Shown one piece after another: positions 1 to 13,378 of a stretch of 64,000 nt of DNA; within the stretch, counting starts at the first letter, position 1, and each line of letters starts with the position of its first letter. Origin of the DNA: Octopus vulgaris. Lineage: Eukaryota. Position numbers and translations under genes: made by a program. The stretch covers positions 77,686,001 to 77,750,000 of the forward strand of contig OX597816.1 of NCBI GenBank assembly GCA_951406725.2. Direction: 5' to 3'. The notes beneath the pieces are model-generated. The model was not told the DNA's origin and did not search any database. It saw nothing but the letters and a program-made list of their open reading frames with translations.

Positions 1-30
1 AAACCTGAGCAACGCCGGGCGATACTGCTA

Positions 31-404
31 TCTCTCTCTATATAAACGGCAGTTTGTCTGTGCGTGTTTCTGTGTGTCTGTTTTCTCGTACCCTCACTCT
101 GACCACGGCTTTCAACCGATTCTGATGAAACTTGACACACACATAGCCCAATGTCATAATTCAAAACTAACGCAGCGAAAATTTTGAAAAGTTCCCCCAG
201 TTCTGAAAAAAATCGATAAATTCGACATGGGGTCGAGAATGAGAAACCCAAACCACAGACCGTCTAGGGGACGCAACTCCACCTGTTTTAACTCTCAAAA
301 AAAATTTACCATCATTTTTTTCCTATTTTTTGGCTATAACTCTCTAAAAATGCTTTATAGTTATTTCCCTTACAAACCTGAGCAACGCCGGGCGATACTG
401 CTAG
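31..404 (+). mobile_element. Non-autonomous Helitron, preceded by the 3' end of another copy (1-30)
   Basis: 5' TC...TATATAAA start; 3' hairpin CCTGAGCAACGCCGGG followed by CTAG|T. Bases 1-30 are identical to 374-403. Confidence 0.75.
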
Positions 405-774
405 TTATTATTATTATTATTAGGTTTATGAATTTGTTTTGCAAAATTCCTGATGTAAAATCGTGTGTTGAAACATTGTTATATATCAGCAAATGTAACT
501 ATTATTATTATTATTATTCCAGCTCTTTGCGTTCTGAGATCAAATTCTGCCTTGACTTAGCCCTTCAAGGTCGATGGAATAAGAACCAGCTGAGCACTGG
601 GGTCCATGTATCGACTTACATGTTCCCACCAAAATTTCAGGTCTTCTATTTCTTCAATCTTAAGCTGTTTGTCTCTTTAGAAGAAATTGGCTGTAGCCAG
701 TATTGGAGAGGGATGGGTTGATCCTAGTCTAAATACACTCAATGCGGCTGTGACGTTGTAGGCGTTCTTATTGA

Positions 775-1137
775 ACTGAGTCGTTTCTAACAGCCGCTTC
801 AGTCATTAGACTGCGGTCATGCTAGAGCACCACCTTGAAAAATTTCAGTCGAGTGAATTGACTCCAGTACTTATTTTTTGTAAAGCCTGGTACTTATTTT
901 ATCGGCCTCTTTTTCCGAACCGCTAAGTTACGACCACGTAAAAACCAACACCGGCTGTCAAGCGCTGGTGGGGGACAAACATACACAAGGGAACACATTT
1001 CCGACAGTGTTCTTTCAGTTTCTGTCTGCCAATCCGTTCACAAGGCTTTGGTCAACCTGAGGCAATATTGAAGACACTTGCCCAAGGTGCCATGCTGTTG
1101 GGAGACAAACTTCCTACCACACAGCTACGTATGCGCC
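775..1137 (-). mobile_element. tRNA-derived CORE-type SINE (family B; octopus OR-like)
   Basis: Diverged reverse-complement match to the full copy at 33123-33486. Further decayed copies at about 1205-1550 and 1850-2168. Confidence 0.7.
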
Positions 1138-4100
1138 TGTTCTCTGTAATTTAGAAAATGAAATATTTTAAACGGAAAATTAATTAAAGAAAAAATTTTC
1201 TGATTTATCTTTTACGTTTCCATCATTGGTTTGAGGTCATACTGGGGCCCCACCTTGAATAGTTTTAGTCAAACAGATCCCCTCCAGTACTTATGAATCT
1301 GGTTCTTTTTCTACTGGTCCCTTGCTGGACCCTTAGATTACGGGAACGCAAACCAACATCGATTTTTAAGCGATGTGTGTGTTTGTATGTGTGCACTGTT
1401 TACCCATACAAGCACGATGGGTTTTCTTACAGTTTCCGTCTCCCAAATCTACTCACTGTAACTGATGACACTTTCTCAAGATGTCGTGCAGCAGGACTGA
1501 ACCCGAAACCATGCACTTGCAAAGCGAGCATCTTAACCACACAGCCACGGTCGCTTAATTGTTTTTAAAAATCATTTTATTGCTTTTAGAAATACTGATA
1601 AAAGAATGATTTAAGAATAATCGATATTTGAAGGAAAAGACAAATTACCTTAAACATTCAGCATTGTGAAAGAAAAGGAAATGCTGACTCTTGCTGAGTA
1701 AGAGCAATCAGGAAGTAAGGACTTAACTGTTCCATAAATATTACAAATTTCTGTTTTTTAACTGGGTGACGAGATGCAAAGTAAAATATATAACTTTGGA
1801 ATACTGTTGTTGACAGCAAGTACTCGTGGTTTTATTTTTTATTTATGTCAAGTCATGAAGAATTTTAGTCGAACGGGTCAACCCCAGTGCTTCTATTTTA
1901 AGGCTAGTATCTATTCCTATGGGTCTCTTTTGCCGAATCGTTAAGCTACGGGGACATAAACACACCAACACCAGTTGCCAAGGGTGGTGAGGGGGACACG
2001 CATACATACGATGGGCTTCTTTCAGTTTCCGTCTCCCAAGATCACTCACAAGGCTTTGGTCAGCTCGAGGCAATATTGAAGGCACTTGCCCAAGGTGCCA
2101 CACAGTGGGACTGAACCTTGAACCATGTGGTTGGGAAGCAAACTTATTACCACAATCATGCCTGTGCCTATTAATTGATTTATTTATTTGAAAGAAGATA
2201 AACTAGAATCCTAAGATAAACTCGCGAAGGTCTGTGACAACCCAAAATAGTTAATAAAATCCGTTAAATAAGACTAGATTGACATTGGCGGGATTTGAAC
2301 TCACAGTGCAGACAACAAATACTGCGGAGTGTTTTGTCTAATGCGCCCACTCAATCGTCATCATCATCGTAGCAGTTGTTGTAACAGCAGCACTTGCGTC
2401 GCTGAGGACTTATTTATTTTTGGATTTGCTGAAAAGAATTTAGCTGTTTTCTGGAGCATACCACGCACCGTTGAAATTTAGATAGGAGAAAATGTAAAAC
2501 GTTCATTTCTCAATAATAGTATCATTTCATCTTGGTAAACAATAGAAAGAGCCAGAATATACATTTGCGATCACGGTCGTAACAATTGCGTTAAAAGCAG
2601 TTACTGCCCTTGTCATAAGCAAAAACTTGATCGTATCATGAGAACTTTCTAGCTAAATTGCTCAAACTGCTGGTCCGCTTATCTTTATTAGTAACATTTT
2701 CTATAAGAACGTATGCCAACGGGGGATCACTCTAACTTATATTTCATTAATTCGAGGGTTTTTCCAATTAAGCATTCTTATGAAAACAGCAGCTCTTTTC
2801 ACTCAGCAACATTTTACGCAAGGAACACAAACAATTTACATGAAACATTCCCTGTTTATATGAACCTGAAAAACCATCCAATAACGGTATGATAATTGCG
2901 CTCTTTTAAAAAGCACCCAAAACTAATTGAAATAGGCATCACATATGCGCTTATTATTCTTAAATAAATTTCTAAATTTTATTCAAATGCTTGATCCACG
3001 AAACCCAGTATTTTCTTATGCTGGATTCCTTTTTGGAAACAAAACATCAGTCTTCGACATCTGCTGACCTTCCGCGATCACAACTATTCTATCCACTTTA
3101 CACTGGCCGAGTAAACGAAGGGTTTTTCGTGTTCTCTTGATCTGCTAGAAATAGCAACAAAATTCTTCCGAACAACGCCCTACCGTAGATAATGTTCTCC
3201 TAGTTATACAAAAAGGACGGAATTGTCATGACCAGAACATTTTTGATCATAGTCCTGTTCACCTAGGGTTAAACAACATTACAGTTCACATATCCGGGGC
3301 GGTGCAAATGCTACACATATTTCGGTTTAGTTAAACTAATATGCTAATGCTTCACTCATCCACATATTACAACAAAACCATCGTTTCGTTATCTCTGTCT
3401 TTTCTACGATTATAAAAATTGTTTCTGGTCTCCGCTATTCACCTCTTCCTGTATTAGCCCACGAAAACTCATAATTAATTGCCTTGCCTAAATCTTTAGC
3501 GCACTCCAAGAATCTTTAACTTACGTTGTTTGACTCTGGATATGATCACATCCCAACCGTACACTGCCTCTTCTTAAATTGGATATGATTTAAGGGGAAT
3601 TTAGTTGCTATTTCTTGCAAGTCCAGCGACTTCATAGATGGTCTCTCGTTGACTCCTTCCTCCCAACCCTCTTTTTTTTTTTAACACGCACCTATTTCTA
3701 TTTCACTTGTCACACGATTCGGCGCTGCTTTGCTTCGAATTAAAAAAAAATTACCCATATTTACTGCTCCCTATAGGGACCTTTTATCGCTAACAAATCT
3801 CAATGGTTCGTTAACATAGTATAGTTCTTTGGAACTTGGATCTTATTTCCTCCATAGCCAGATGATTCTATGTAAAATAGTTAGTGATGAGCTAAATTAA
3901 GGCGAGCAGAGTAGTTTCCCTTTGAGAAGGGGCACAACAACACAAATTACAACCTTTTAACTCTGCTTGAACCGTTAGAACAAGCCATTATAGATTTTTA
4001 AGGCACAAGACCAGAAACTTTTGGTAATTCTTTTTTATTGGTTTCGATCATCGGGCTGTGGCCCTACCTCAGTATCGCTTTCAAGGATTTAATTGTATAT

Positions 4101-4403
4101 ATCGACCTCCAGGAATTACCGAACTGCTAAACCTGGGATCAAACCCAGAACCACATGGTTGCGAAGCGTACTTCTTACGTATCCATACTGGTACTGAACT
4201 TGGTACTTAGCATTTGATCAGGAAAGAATCAAAGTAAAGACGATCTCATTGGGATTCGAGCCCAGATAAAGACTCGTATCGAAATACAGCAAAGCATTTG
4301 TCCGTCCATATTTCAAGCCGTATATATTCCGAACCATACGTCCTTAACTTTTCAAGACTATAATACGAGTGCTATTTCTAACAGGTGTCGTGATAACATA
4401 GAC

Positions 4404-4703
4404 GAGTGGTTCTCAACCATTTTTTATCAATGAACCGTTGTTTACCATTTTATTGTAGTGGGCTCCCTTAACCATTCGATGTCTAAAAGCTAATTTTATA
4501 GTTAATTCTTTAAAAATTCCTATTTTGTTACTCATATATTCACTTGCGTAGGTTGAACTATGTAAAATGCTAGAGTAAGAAACCTAACCGTTTCTTGCAA
4601 TAAATACATCTATAGCCCTTAAAATATTACTGTCGGCCCAATTTACAATTTTGCTAGCGTAGAACCCACAAAATCTTATATGGACCCCGGCTGAGAACCT
4701 CTG
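4404..4703. mobile_element. hAT (Charlie-like) MITE
   Basis: TIRs gAGTGGTTCTCAACC / GGcTGAGAACCtCTG, with 8-bp TSD acatagac / gcatagac. Confidence 0.8.
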
Positions 4704-4799
4704 GCATAGACGCTTCCTTGACTCGTTAAGTGCTACATTTATACTACAGTCGATCCTATTAGCTCCATCGTTGTGTGTACTGATGAAGTTTCTCTCAAC

Positions 4800-4905
4800 T
4801 TCAGTATTCTCTAAGATTCGGCTTTGTCCCCCACACTCTTCCTCCTATTCGTCAATAACTTACTTGCTGTCACCCACAACATTCACTCTTATGCAGATAA
4901 TATCT
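4800..4905 (+). mobile_element. CR1/L2/Jockey-type LINE reverse transcriptase fragment
   Basis: Translates LSPTLFLLFVNNLLAVTHNIHSYADN, the degenerate (QGS)xLSPxLF...YADD motifs. Confidence 0.65.
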
Positions 4906-5215
4906 TAACTTTCCTAAGCTTTCACATCCCGGTGTCACCCAGATGCAACCTATATAGCTCATTTCAAATCTGCACTGGTTCCATGAAATATTCCTCGATA
5001 GGGTCACACCAGTATTGTCTTCTTCAGCAACATGCATCGTTACCACTAAACATGATCAAGTTTATATATTACTTGTATGTAACCAGTTCCTATATACAAC
5101 TATCTATATACACAGTAACTGGTGGTGGGGCGGTCCACTCTGGGCGACGATTTTAGTGGGGCAGTACTTTTGTGTCTGTTATGTAAACCAGTTTAGAAAT
5201 ATATATATTTATAAT

Positions 5216-5250
<35 letters not shown>

Positions 5251-6058
5251 ATCAATACAGTTATGTATGTGTGTACTCTGCGCAACAGAGACTGGTTATC
5301 ATAATGAAGACAGAAAATGTTTTCAGTAACTACTAACTACTCAAAAGTTCAGGTGGAGTCCACAAAAATGTACTTCTGCATCTAAGTCGGTAGTGCTGCT
5401 GCTGCACACAGACATCTAGACTATGTTTAAAAAAAGAATACACGACTGGTCGGCATGAAGTTACTAGCCATCACACTCCAACTCCTGGTTCGCAGATACA
5501 CTAATTCATCACTTTGCATTTTCTACTTGTTATCGTGGCCCTGCTTTCCACAGTTGGCTAAACTCGTGCCCTGTTCACCCAGGGACTCCCCGAGTAGTCT
5601 CCCCTTTTCTTGCATGATATATTGTATGCAAGCTTGATCCTGCACTAAACACTACACCACCCATTCCTTCACCCTAAAGAATTGGTCAGTTAGAATTCCC
5701 TTCATATCCATTTTACTTTTGCGTTTGCTGTCAACTTGCAGCTGTTTACAAAGGAACAATAAATTCGTCGATCTTGTTTTCAGAAGGCGGTAAAGTTTAT
5801 CGACACAAACCCTACCCGTGGAGTGAAACTACAAACAAAAATCGTTTAAACAAATGTCTGGTTTTATATAAAAATTTATTTTTTATTACATCTAGGTGCA
5901 GGCATAGGCATGACTGGTAAGAAGTTTACTCCCCAACCACATGTGCGTGGCATCTTGAGCAAGTGTTTCTACTATAACAGACCAAAGCCTTGTGAGTGGG
6001 TTTAGTAGATAGAAACTGAAAGAAGCTCGTCGTACACACACACACACACACACATTTT

Positions 6059-6372
6059 GGCTTAGTAGTTAAGGTATTCAGCTCACGATTGTAAGGTCGT
6101 GAGTTCATTTCCCGGTGACGCGTTGTGTCCTTGAGCAAGAAACTTTATTTCATGTTGCTCCAGTTCACTCAGCTGGCAAAAATGAGTAGTACCAGTTTTT
6201 TAAAGGGCTAGCCTTGTCACACTCTGTGTTATGCTGAATTTTCCTGAGAACTACGTTAAGGGCACGCGTGTCTGTGGAGTACTCAGCCACATGTACGTTA
6301 ACTCCACGAGCAGTCTGTTCCGTTGATCGGATCAACCGGAAACCTCGTCGTCGTAACCGACGGGAGTGCCAG
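6059..6372 (+). mobile_element. tRNA-derived SINE (family C)
   Basis: tRNA-like head (GGCTTAGTAGTTAAGG...GAGTTCATTTCC) then TGTGTCCTTGAGCAAG core. Related copies at 23974-24190 and 36990-37127. Confidence 0.7.
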
Positions 6373-6373
6373 T

Positions 6374-6408
<35 letters not shown>

Positions 6409-6446
6409 ATGTATGTATGTATTTATTACTGTGAAGCATTGTGTAG

Positions 6447-6694
6447 AATATATTGTATAAAGATCGTGGGTAAGACCAAAACAATGCGAAGTAAATGCAA
6501 GGTAAGTCACAAGAAAACAAATATGTGAATTAATGTAGAATTACTTTGCATTCAATATTTCGGGGTTATGACCCCACATTCAAGAAATTAACGACAAAGT
6601 AAATCTACATTAATTCACATAATTGTTTTCTTGTGATTTACCTTGCATTTACTTCGCATTGTTTTGGCCTTACCCACTATCTTTATAGAATATA
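6447..6694. repeat. Fold-back (~100-bp arms) between TA/TG microsatellites
   Basis: tataaagatcgtgggtaagaccaaaacaatgcgaagtaaatgcaagg...tgtagaattactttg is mirrored by caaagtaaatctaca...ccttgcatttacttcgcattgttttggccttacccactatctttata. Confidence 0.85.
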
Positions 6695-8299
6695 TATATA
6701 TTTGTGTGTGTGTGTTTGCTCCTTGAGAACCCTGTTTGATTTAAGTCCCTGTAACGTAACAGTTTGGCGAAAATGGCCGATAAAGTACCAGGCTTTAAAA
6801 AAAGTACAGGAGTCGGCTATAACCACTGAAGGCGGATCCTAGCAAGGCCGCAGTCCAATGACTGAAACATGTGAGAAGCAAAGAAACAAAAAAAGAGAAT
6901 CGGAGATTAACAGTAAAGAAAAAAAAAATGCAAGCCGTTACGTTTTCCCCTCTAATTTATTGACTTCAAACTACATCAGCTACACTTTCGGGCTGTGAAT
7001 ATTTGAACGGTCAAAAAGAGATAAGTTTTTTTTTTCCATTGGACTCGACAAAGGAAATAATATAATTTGAACTGATCACCTGCCAAGATCTAACTTTATA
7101 ACGCATTCTGTTTTTATGAATGTATTTTCAGAAATACTCTTGAAAGAACCTGCCTAATTGTCCCCACTACAGATGATTGTACTAATTAATCCCCCTTAAC
7201 TGTGCTGCTTCCTCACATTACTCTTATACTTGTTCCCTTCAATACATTAAGAATCATAGTCGTTACGGTAGTGTATTTCAAATAAAAAAACCTGCAAATG
7301 ATTAACGAGGAAGACTATGTGGTCGCTTTAACTGCTAGAAGTAGTTGCCGGATCTTCAACAATACTTACAAAGGACACATTAGGTAATATAGTCTGGTGC
7401 ATACATTATCTGAAAAAAAAAATGGCATGGTCACGGCTAGAATTCTTTTGAACATACGTCTACGCAATCATTCCAAACCCGGGACTAAACAACTGCATGA
7501 AACATTTCCTACAATTTCCGAATTTTACTTGTCTACCATTCTTATGCGTTGCATTTTCAGGCTTTTGGGAATGAGGAAGGTTGATGAGTTCCAAGTTCTC
7601 TTGCGACTCAATATATGTCGAAGTTGACCCGGTTAACCTTCGCCTCTTTCGCAGGCACTCACACAAGCAGTGAGGGTTTATGTTTGAAGTTGTACTTCTC
7701 CTAGTCAAGCTGCTTTCCAAGGCTGCCGAGCCTAGACTGCCAGTTATATTGTCGGTTTGGCTATGGACACATTAGTGTCATCTCTTAGAGATATACTTTT
7801 TACAAAAACTAAAGGATGTCTTATTCCCAGTAATATCAAGGACCTCGGGATTTCTAACTCACCATACCGATGATAGATAGTCGTTGGCTTTATGTCAGGT
7901 TTATCCCTCATTTTAACAAGTAGCGTTTTTGCTCTGCTGGGTTTCTAGCAACGCTCTTAATCAAGCAAACTTAGAGCCGTTAGTTGCCGACGACCCAACT
8001 ACGTAATAGGCTGTATCTGACTATATGTTACCAACAGCTGTTGTGAGGAACCTGACTAATGCCCTAGATGTATGTAGCATATGAAGTCCAAAATATCCCC
8101 CAAAAGGGGGATGGTCATGGTTGGAAAGCTAATAATAATAATGCTTGATTAGGGCTGATGTGAAGCTAAATAACTACACCAACAACAGTGCCGACACAGA
8201 CACCACCAACAGCAGTATTGAGCATCACCAACAAGAACAACAACACCAAAAATGACACTAACAACATCACCCCATCCAGCTGGCTGTAAATAGATTATC

Positions 8300-8520
8300 T
8301 ATTTCTTTACTACCCACAAGGGGCTAAACACAGAGAGGACAAACAAAGACAGACAAACGGATTAAGTCGATTACATCGACCCCAGTGCATAACTGGTACT
8401 TAATTTATCGATCCCGAAAGGATGAAAGGCAAAGTCGACCTCGACGGAATTTGAACTCAGAACGTAACGGCAGACGAAATACGGCTACGCATTTCGCCCG
8501 GTGTGCTAACGTTTCTGCCA
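8300..8520 (-). mobile_element. tRNA-derived SINE (family A) with target-site duplication
   Basis: Matches the units at 52134-52773; flanked by the direct repeat cagctggctgtaaatagattatc. Confidence 0.85.
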
Positions 8521-8539
8521 GCTGGCTGTAAATAGATTA

Positions 8540-9800
8540 TCCTCATCATCCGGTTGTGCTTATTGCTCGGATTGCCGTGACTTGTTTCGTCCAGTCTGTC
8601 CACCATTGCACGTGATAGGTCTCCTCATGTGTACTCGGAGCTCTCGCATAGCTGCTTTATATGTAGATTCAATGTGGTCGACCAATATTTTGCGTACCTA
8701 TGCTTCGATTCCCAGAGAAGAACGACGTTGATGATCTCATCTTTTTCTCTCCAGTAATGTCCAGCGAATGTTCTCTCTACGATGATGTGATATTGGTGGT
8801 AAATTACCATAGAAAACTTCTTTCGTAGTGTGTTGTCTCCAGGAGATGTCATGAGCAGCTGAAAGCATTCTTGTATAAGTCCCGTCAATTTTCTTTTCAA
8901 GACACTTTGTTAGTGTTCATGTTGTACATCCATATAACAAAATTGAAAGAAATTACGTTTCAAATTTAATGGAAGCTTAAATTTCCAGACCATTGATAAT
9001 CTAAAGTTGCCCAAACTTTGCCGATTCGGATATGAACATCACTTGTGGACAGACCTTCCTTTGCTATTTTACTTGTAAGGTATATGAATTCATCAATATA
9101 TTTCAAGGATTTTCCAGATGTGGTTGTAACATCTTTAGCAGCACGTTCAAGGTTGTACAAGAGAGACTCTGCATCACAAACTTCATCAGCTAGTAGCGTC
9201 ATATTTGGAAAATGTCTACTTTTGGCTGGTTGACGAGTGAACACTTTGTTCTTCATCTCATTTACAGACGTGCGTAGAATATGATCTAGACATGTAATGA
9301 ATAGGTAGGTACCAAGGTGTTACCCTGGAGGACACCAGCCACTATGTCTGGAGAAAGAACTATAGATTGAGTATTTCTATACAACATTATGATGGCACTG
9401 AGTTTTCTTTGTGATACTGTATGCAAGAAGTATTTCTTCCATCTTCCCTCTGTGTATCGAGTCAAAGGCCCTTGAAAAATCAACAATAGGACTGCTTTCA
9501 GGTTCTTCGCACGAACTTCTTCAATAACTCCTCGGACTGTAAGAGTCTGGACGAATGTTGGTCTATTTCGTCGAAAGCCATTCTGATTTTCCCTCATGAC
9601 ATTTTTAATCTCCGATCGGATAGGATTGAGTAGCATGGCATTGTAAACTTTGGCAGATTTGGCAGTGAGGATAATTCCTCTGTAGGTTTTGCTGACACCG
9701 ATATCTCCCTTCTTTGGAAACAGGAGGATGCAGCTTTTACTCCATTTCTCTATACGCTTTTGATGGTACATAGCGTACCATCTAATTGATCTCAAGTGTT
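8540..9800 (-). mobile_element. Degenerate RTE-like LINE (RT domain to 3' end)
   Basis: Frameshifted motifs PKKGD...YRGIILT, RENQNGFRRNR, AGVLQGNTL, LADE and YIDEFIYL in ORFs 9286-9795, 8966-9256 and 8625-8900. Confidence 0.85.
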
Positions 9801-11087
9801 ATACTGGCGTGAGTACATCTCTTGGTGGGGCCACCTATACCAGACAGGTCGAGGGCCAGGGTCCAGACCAAAATAATCACTCTAGAGGAGTAAAACCTCA
9901 CTGATGAAAAACCCCCGAGCCAGGGTCACGGTAAAACCAAGGGAAGCAGTGTGATGGATTTGTTAATTTCGGCGGAAGAGCTGTTATCTGCCGACGGCGA
10001 AACACAAGGAGCCGAGCGGAAGAAGTTAGAATGTCAACGGCCAAGGTCACAGTCCAGTAAGGCAACTATTGCAACATCTATAGGTGGGATGTCCGTAGAT
10101 GGGATGTTCAGCTTAAGAATGATAAGTAGGTGGAATGTTCAGCTAAAGAATGATAACCCTTTCTCATATTAGACATAAATGGCTACGATATGTAGAATTG
10201 TATAAATATTCTAGTCGTACATAGATTCCAAAGGTTATTAGTCATATATAGCTATCATAACTGTATAAGTACAATGTTATAGAATGTGATAACAGACTGG
10301 ATTCTGATTAGCGCAAAAGAAACAGAAGCTGACGACGAACAAGAAGTTACATGGGATAGATTTGCTGGCAAATTAGAGATCGGGCAGCTAAAGCCTAAAG
10401 TTAGAGATAAAAGAAAAGAGCTTTACTCAGCAATGGGAGAATAATGACTGATTTGAGTGGTTGGCTTTGCTCTTATGCCACATGAATGGATAAAGATTCA
10501 GTTCTTATATCTATTTTGAATGGTGTGACACTTAGCACTAAGTTTTGTACTGGTTACAAAATATCATCCGATATAAGGCATCCTAGAGATTTCGGTATTC
10601 ATCTGCTCCTTCAACAGAGTTCTGGATTTAGATATTTTGTCATTGATTATAGGTTGGAGATGGGGGGAAAGAACGAATTTGTCATGGCCTTATGAGTCGT
10701 TGTCACATTAGCATGTTGTATATTTGAGGTTTTGTTTACAGCAACATGGGCTGTGATGATTTAAGCGATTCAGACGATTCAGAACCGTTTCCACGTTGTA
10801 ATCCCGTTAAGTCTGTTTATTAGCACTTAAGTCTAGGTTTTTGCTTTTCTAACGGCGTGGAGCTTGCTTCGCAATCATATAGTTTCTGGTTCAGTCCCAC
10901 TGCATGGTACCCTGGGAAGTGTCTTCTACTATAGCCTCGGACCTATCAAAGTCTTGTAAGTGGATTTGGTAGATGAAAACTGAAAGAAGCCTGTCGTATA
11001 TATGGTCGGACCGACCATAAACAAACAACCTTGTAGGTATGTATGTATGTATGTAAGAATAAATAACAACAGATGAATTATGTGTCA

Positions 11088-11173
11088 ATTCACTACAACC
11101 GTTTCCAACAAATTTTTAATGGATTAATGGAGACATTACATCATTAGAAATAAACCGTTTTCATCAGATGAAT
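11088..11173 (-). ncRNA. Type I hammerhead ribozyme motif (inverted partner copy)
   Basis: Reverse complement ATTCAT-CTGATGA-...-GAAAC GGTT GTA-GTGAAT; core conserved although the arms have diverged. Confidence 0.65.
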
Positions 11174-11342
11174 ACATGAAACACAACAGTCAAAAACATT
11201 AAAAATTCAACGATATGTGCATCTTTATAATTCTATGGCCCTTACTGGTCATAAAATCATTCCATGATCAGCAAGGGGCATAGAATCATGAAGATGCACA
11301 TCCCGTTGGATTTTTAATGTTTTTGAATGTTGTGTTTTATGT

Positions 11343-11430
11343 ATTCACCTGATGAAAGCAGTTTTTTTTTCTAATGATGTAGTGTCTCCATTAATGAATT
11401 AAAAATACGTTGGAAACGGTTGTAGTGAAT
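11343..11430 (+). ncRNA. Type I hammerhead ribozyme motif with long, partly decayed stem II
   Basis: ATTCAC-CTGATGA-[~57 nt stem II region, TAATG/CATTA inner helix]-GAA-AC ggtt GT-A^GTGAAT. Stem I ATTCAC/GTGAAT; GUA triplet at 11422-11424. Confidence 0.7.
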
Positions 11431-12316
11431 TGACACATTGGTTCATCTGTTGTTATTTATTCATTTATTATTCACCTCTTTCGGAACCTGCTCTTTGCGT
11501 AGATCCGATGTATATTATGGACCGCACATTAAGTGCAATGTGCGTTTCTTGAATACCCTCAGGGTTATTGATATACTCATTCGAGTACAGTTAATCGTAT
11601 ATATAACCTGAATATCTTTCTACCCATACTGTGGTACCCGCATATATATTCATCTATTTTTGTTGTGTACACATTTTACTCCTCGACCCAACCCGGTGCC
11701 TTACCATTTAAGTGCCTGATTTACTTGAATCTTGGTCTATTATCTGTTTGTCTGTCTGTCTCTCCCTCTCCACCTCCCTCTCTCTCTCTCTCCATTCCAT
11801 GTTGCTATCTATGCTGCTATTTCTCAAAAGTTGTTAAAGGTATTCGTGACTTGCTGCTAATGAGCAGAAAGTCTTTCATCCGATGTTCTGTAGCGACAGA
11901 GCTATGCGGTGTCGCTTCGCAGGCATCTCCGATCATCAGTCAGCGAATACTTTTTCGAGGAGATCTTTTCCACCTTCTATAATATTATCTGCTTTATGTG
12001 TACTCACTTGATCTATGCGTGTAGTTTAACATTAAAAAATGTCGTCGATGAAATATGATGTAGCTCTGAAAGGCTGTTTGATGCCTTTGCATCTTGTTTC
12101 GTTTCACTGTTTGCATCACTATTGATGTGGAAATTTCTGGTGGTTTGTAGTTATCTGGACTTAATAGTAAGCGTCGAATCGAATCGAGTCGTCCTACTGT
12201 AAACACATCGTGGATCACTGAATTATTGTATGCAAAGAACTCTGAGGACTATATGTTTTTTATCCGGATTTATTCTCCTTGGTTACACATTCCTTGTTGT
12301 ACACAGGTTATATTAC

Positions 12317-13378
12317 TGTAGGGAATACGACCGTACGCAAGAAGTGGTGACAGAAATGTCTCCTCTTTAACGCCGCACGGTCGCCCTAACAAAATAAGAA
12401 GCCAAATACATGATATAAAATACAGTGCCAAAAGGAATAAATGAGGACGACAACCGTTCTACTGTTTGAGAGAAGAGAAGACTTTATTTACAAATGTGTA
12501 TAAAGAGAGTGTGTGTGAGTGCTAGCAAAGTGGAGTGTCTGTGTGCATGCGACAAGTGTTGGTGTCTGTGTGTTCATGTGTGCGACAGAAGTACAAATAA
12601 GGTGTATGCATATAAAACAGAATACAGAGCACAAGACGAGTCTCTCAGCATATTGAGTTAAGATGGAATTAGTTTACCAGTTCGTAAGTGAGGTACACAA
12701 TAGTAATAGTACTGTAGCAGGATGTTGGGGTCACAAGGCAGAATGCCGGTTGAACACATATCGTGTAGCGGTTGAGGCTTCAATTTGTGCCGGGTCTCTT
12801 GATACAGGAAGTTCCTTCAGGTAGACTGGAGATGTTTACCTTGGTGCAGTTCACAACACCGAGAAAGCTAAACTCGAGCGAGTGTTGTGTACGTATTGCT
12901 GAAGTCGACAGAGATGGAGACGACGTAGAGTTGAAGGATGAAGGTGGTGATGACGGCGGCAGAGAAAAGCGACGTCGAGATGAAGGCGACGGAGATGGAG
13001 AACGTCTTGTCTGTCGCTAGAACTGGAACATGGCTGAATCGCTCGGTTGGTCAGAGGCTAGTCCTAAAAAAGACTGGCACCTAAGATCGGAGTTGCTGGA
13101 ACATGGTTGAGTGCTCTGTGGTCAATGACTAGACCTTAGAAGGTCTAGAACCAAAGACGAATAATAGTCTATCGATCTCGCCTTTTTATAGGGTTAAGGT
13201 GGCTCAAATGAAGTATAAGAAAAACGGTGTCACGAAAGACCTTATCCGAAGGCCGTGATCGGTTGGCTTACACACTGGCGCGAAATAAGTCAAAAGACAA
13301 ACTGCGCCAAATGCCAACCAATCAGAGCAGTGGACACAACAGGGTCAAACTAGCCGAAGATGGTTGTTATCTACCACA
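12317..13378 (-). mobile_element. Probable solo LTR
   Basis: TG...CA ends with imperfect terminal inverted repeat (TGTAGGGAATACGACC / GGTTGTTATCTACCACA). Minus-strand TATAAAA near 13185 and AATAAA near 12485. No clean TSD seen. Confidence 0.45.

Larger units (their letters stand above)
11057..11462. mobile_element. Fold-back element (~195-bp arms) with a hammerhead motif in each arm; probable Penelope-like/retrozyme remnant
   Basis: 11057-11252 is the diverged reverse complement of 11264-11462; loop about 11 nt. Confidence 0.75.

Noticed and set aside
118-135. CTGATGAAAC as a possible hammerhead core (also at 62286)
   Set aside because: No stem II between CUGAUGA and GAAA, and no stem I or III pairing.
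227-721. 164-aa ORF
   Set aside because: Runs across a Helitron end, a TTA repeat and a decayed SINE; no protein motif.
11830-12260. Unique-looking sequence with a minus-strand donor-like caa|gtgagt near 12005
   Set aside because: Stop codons in the candidate frame and no recognisable domain; not supportable as an exon.
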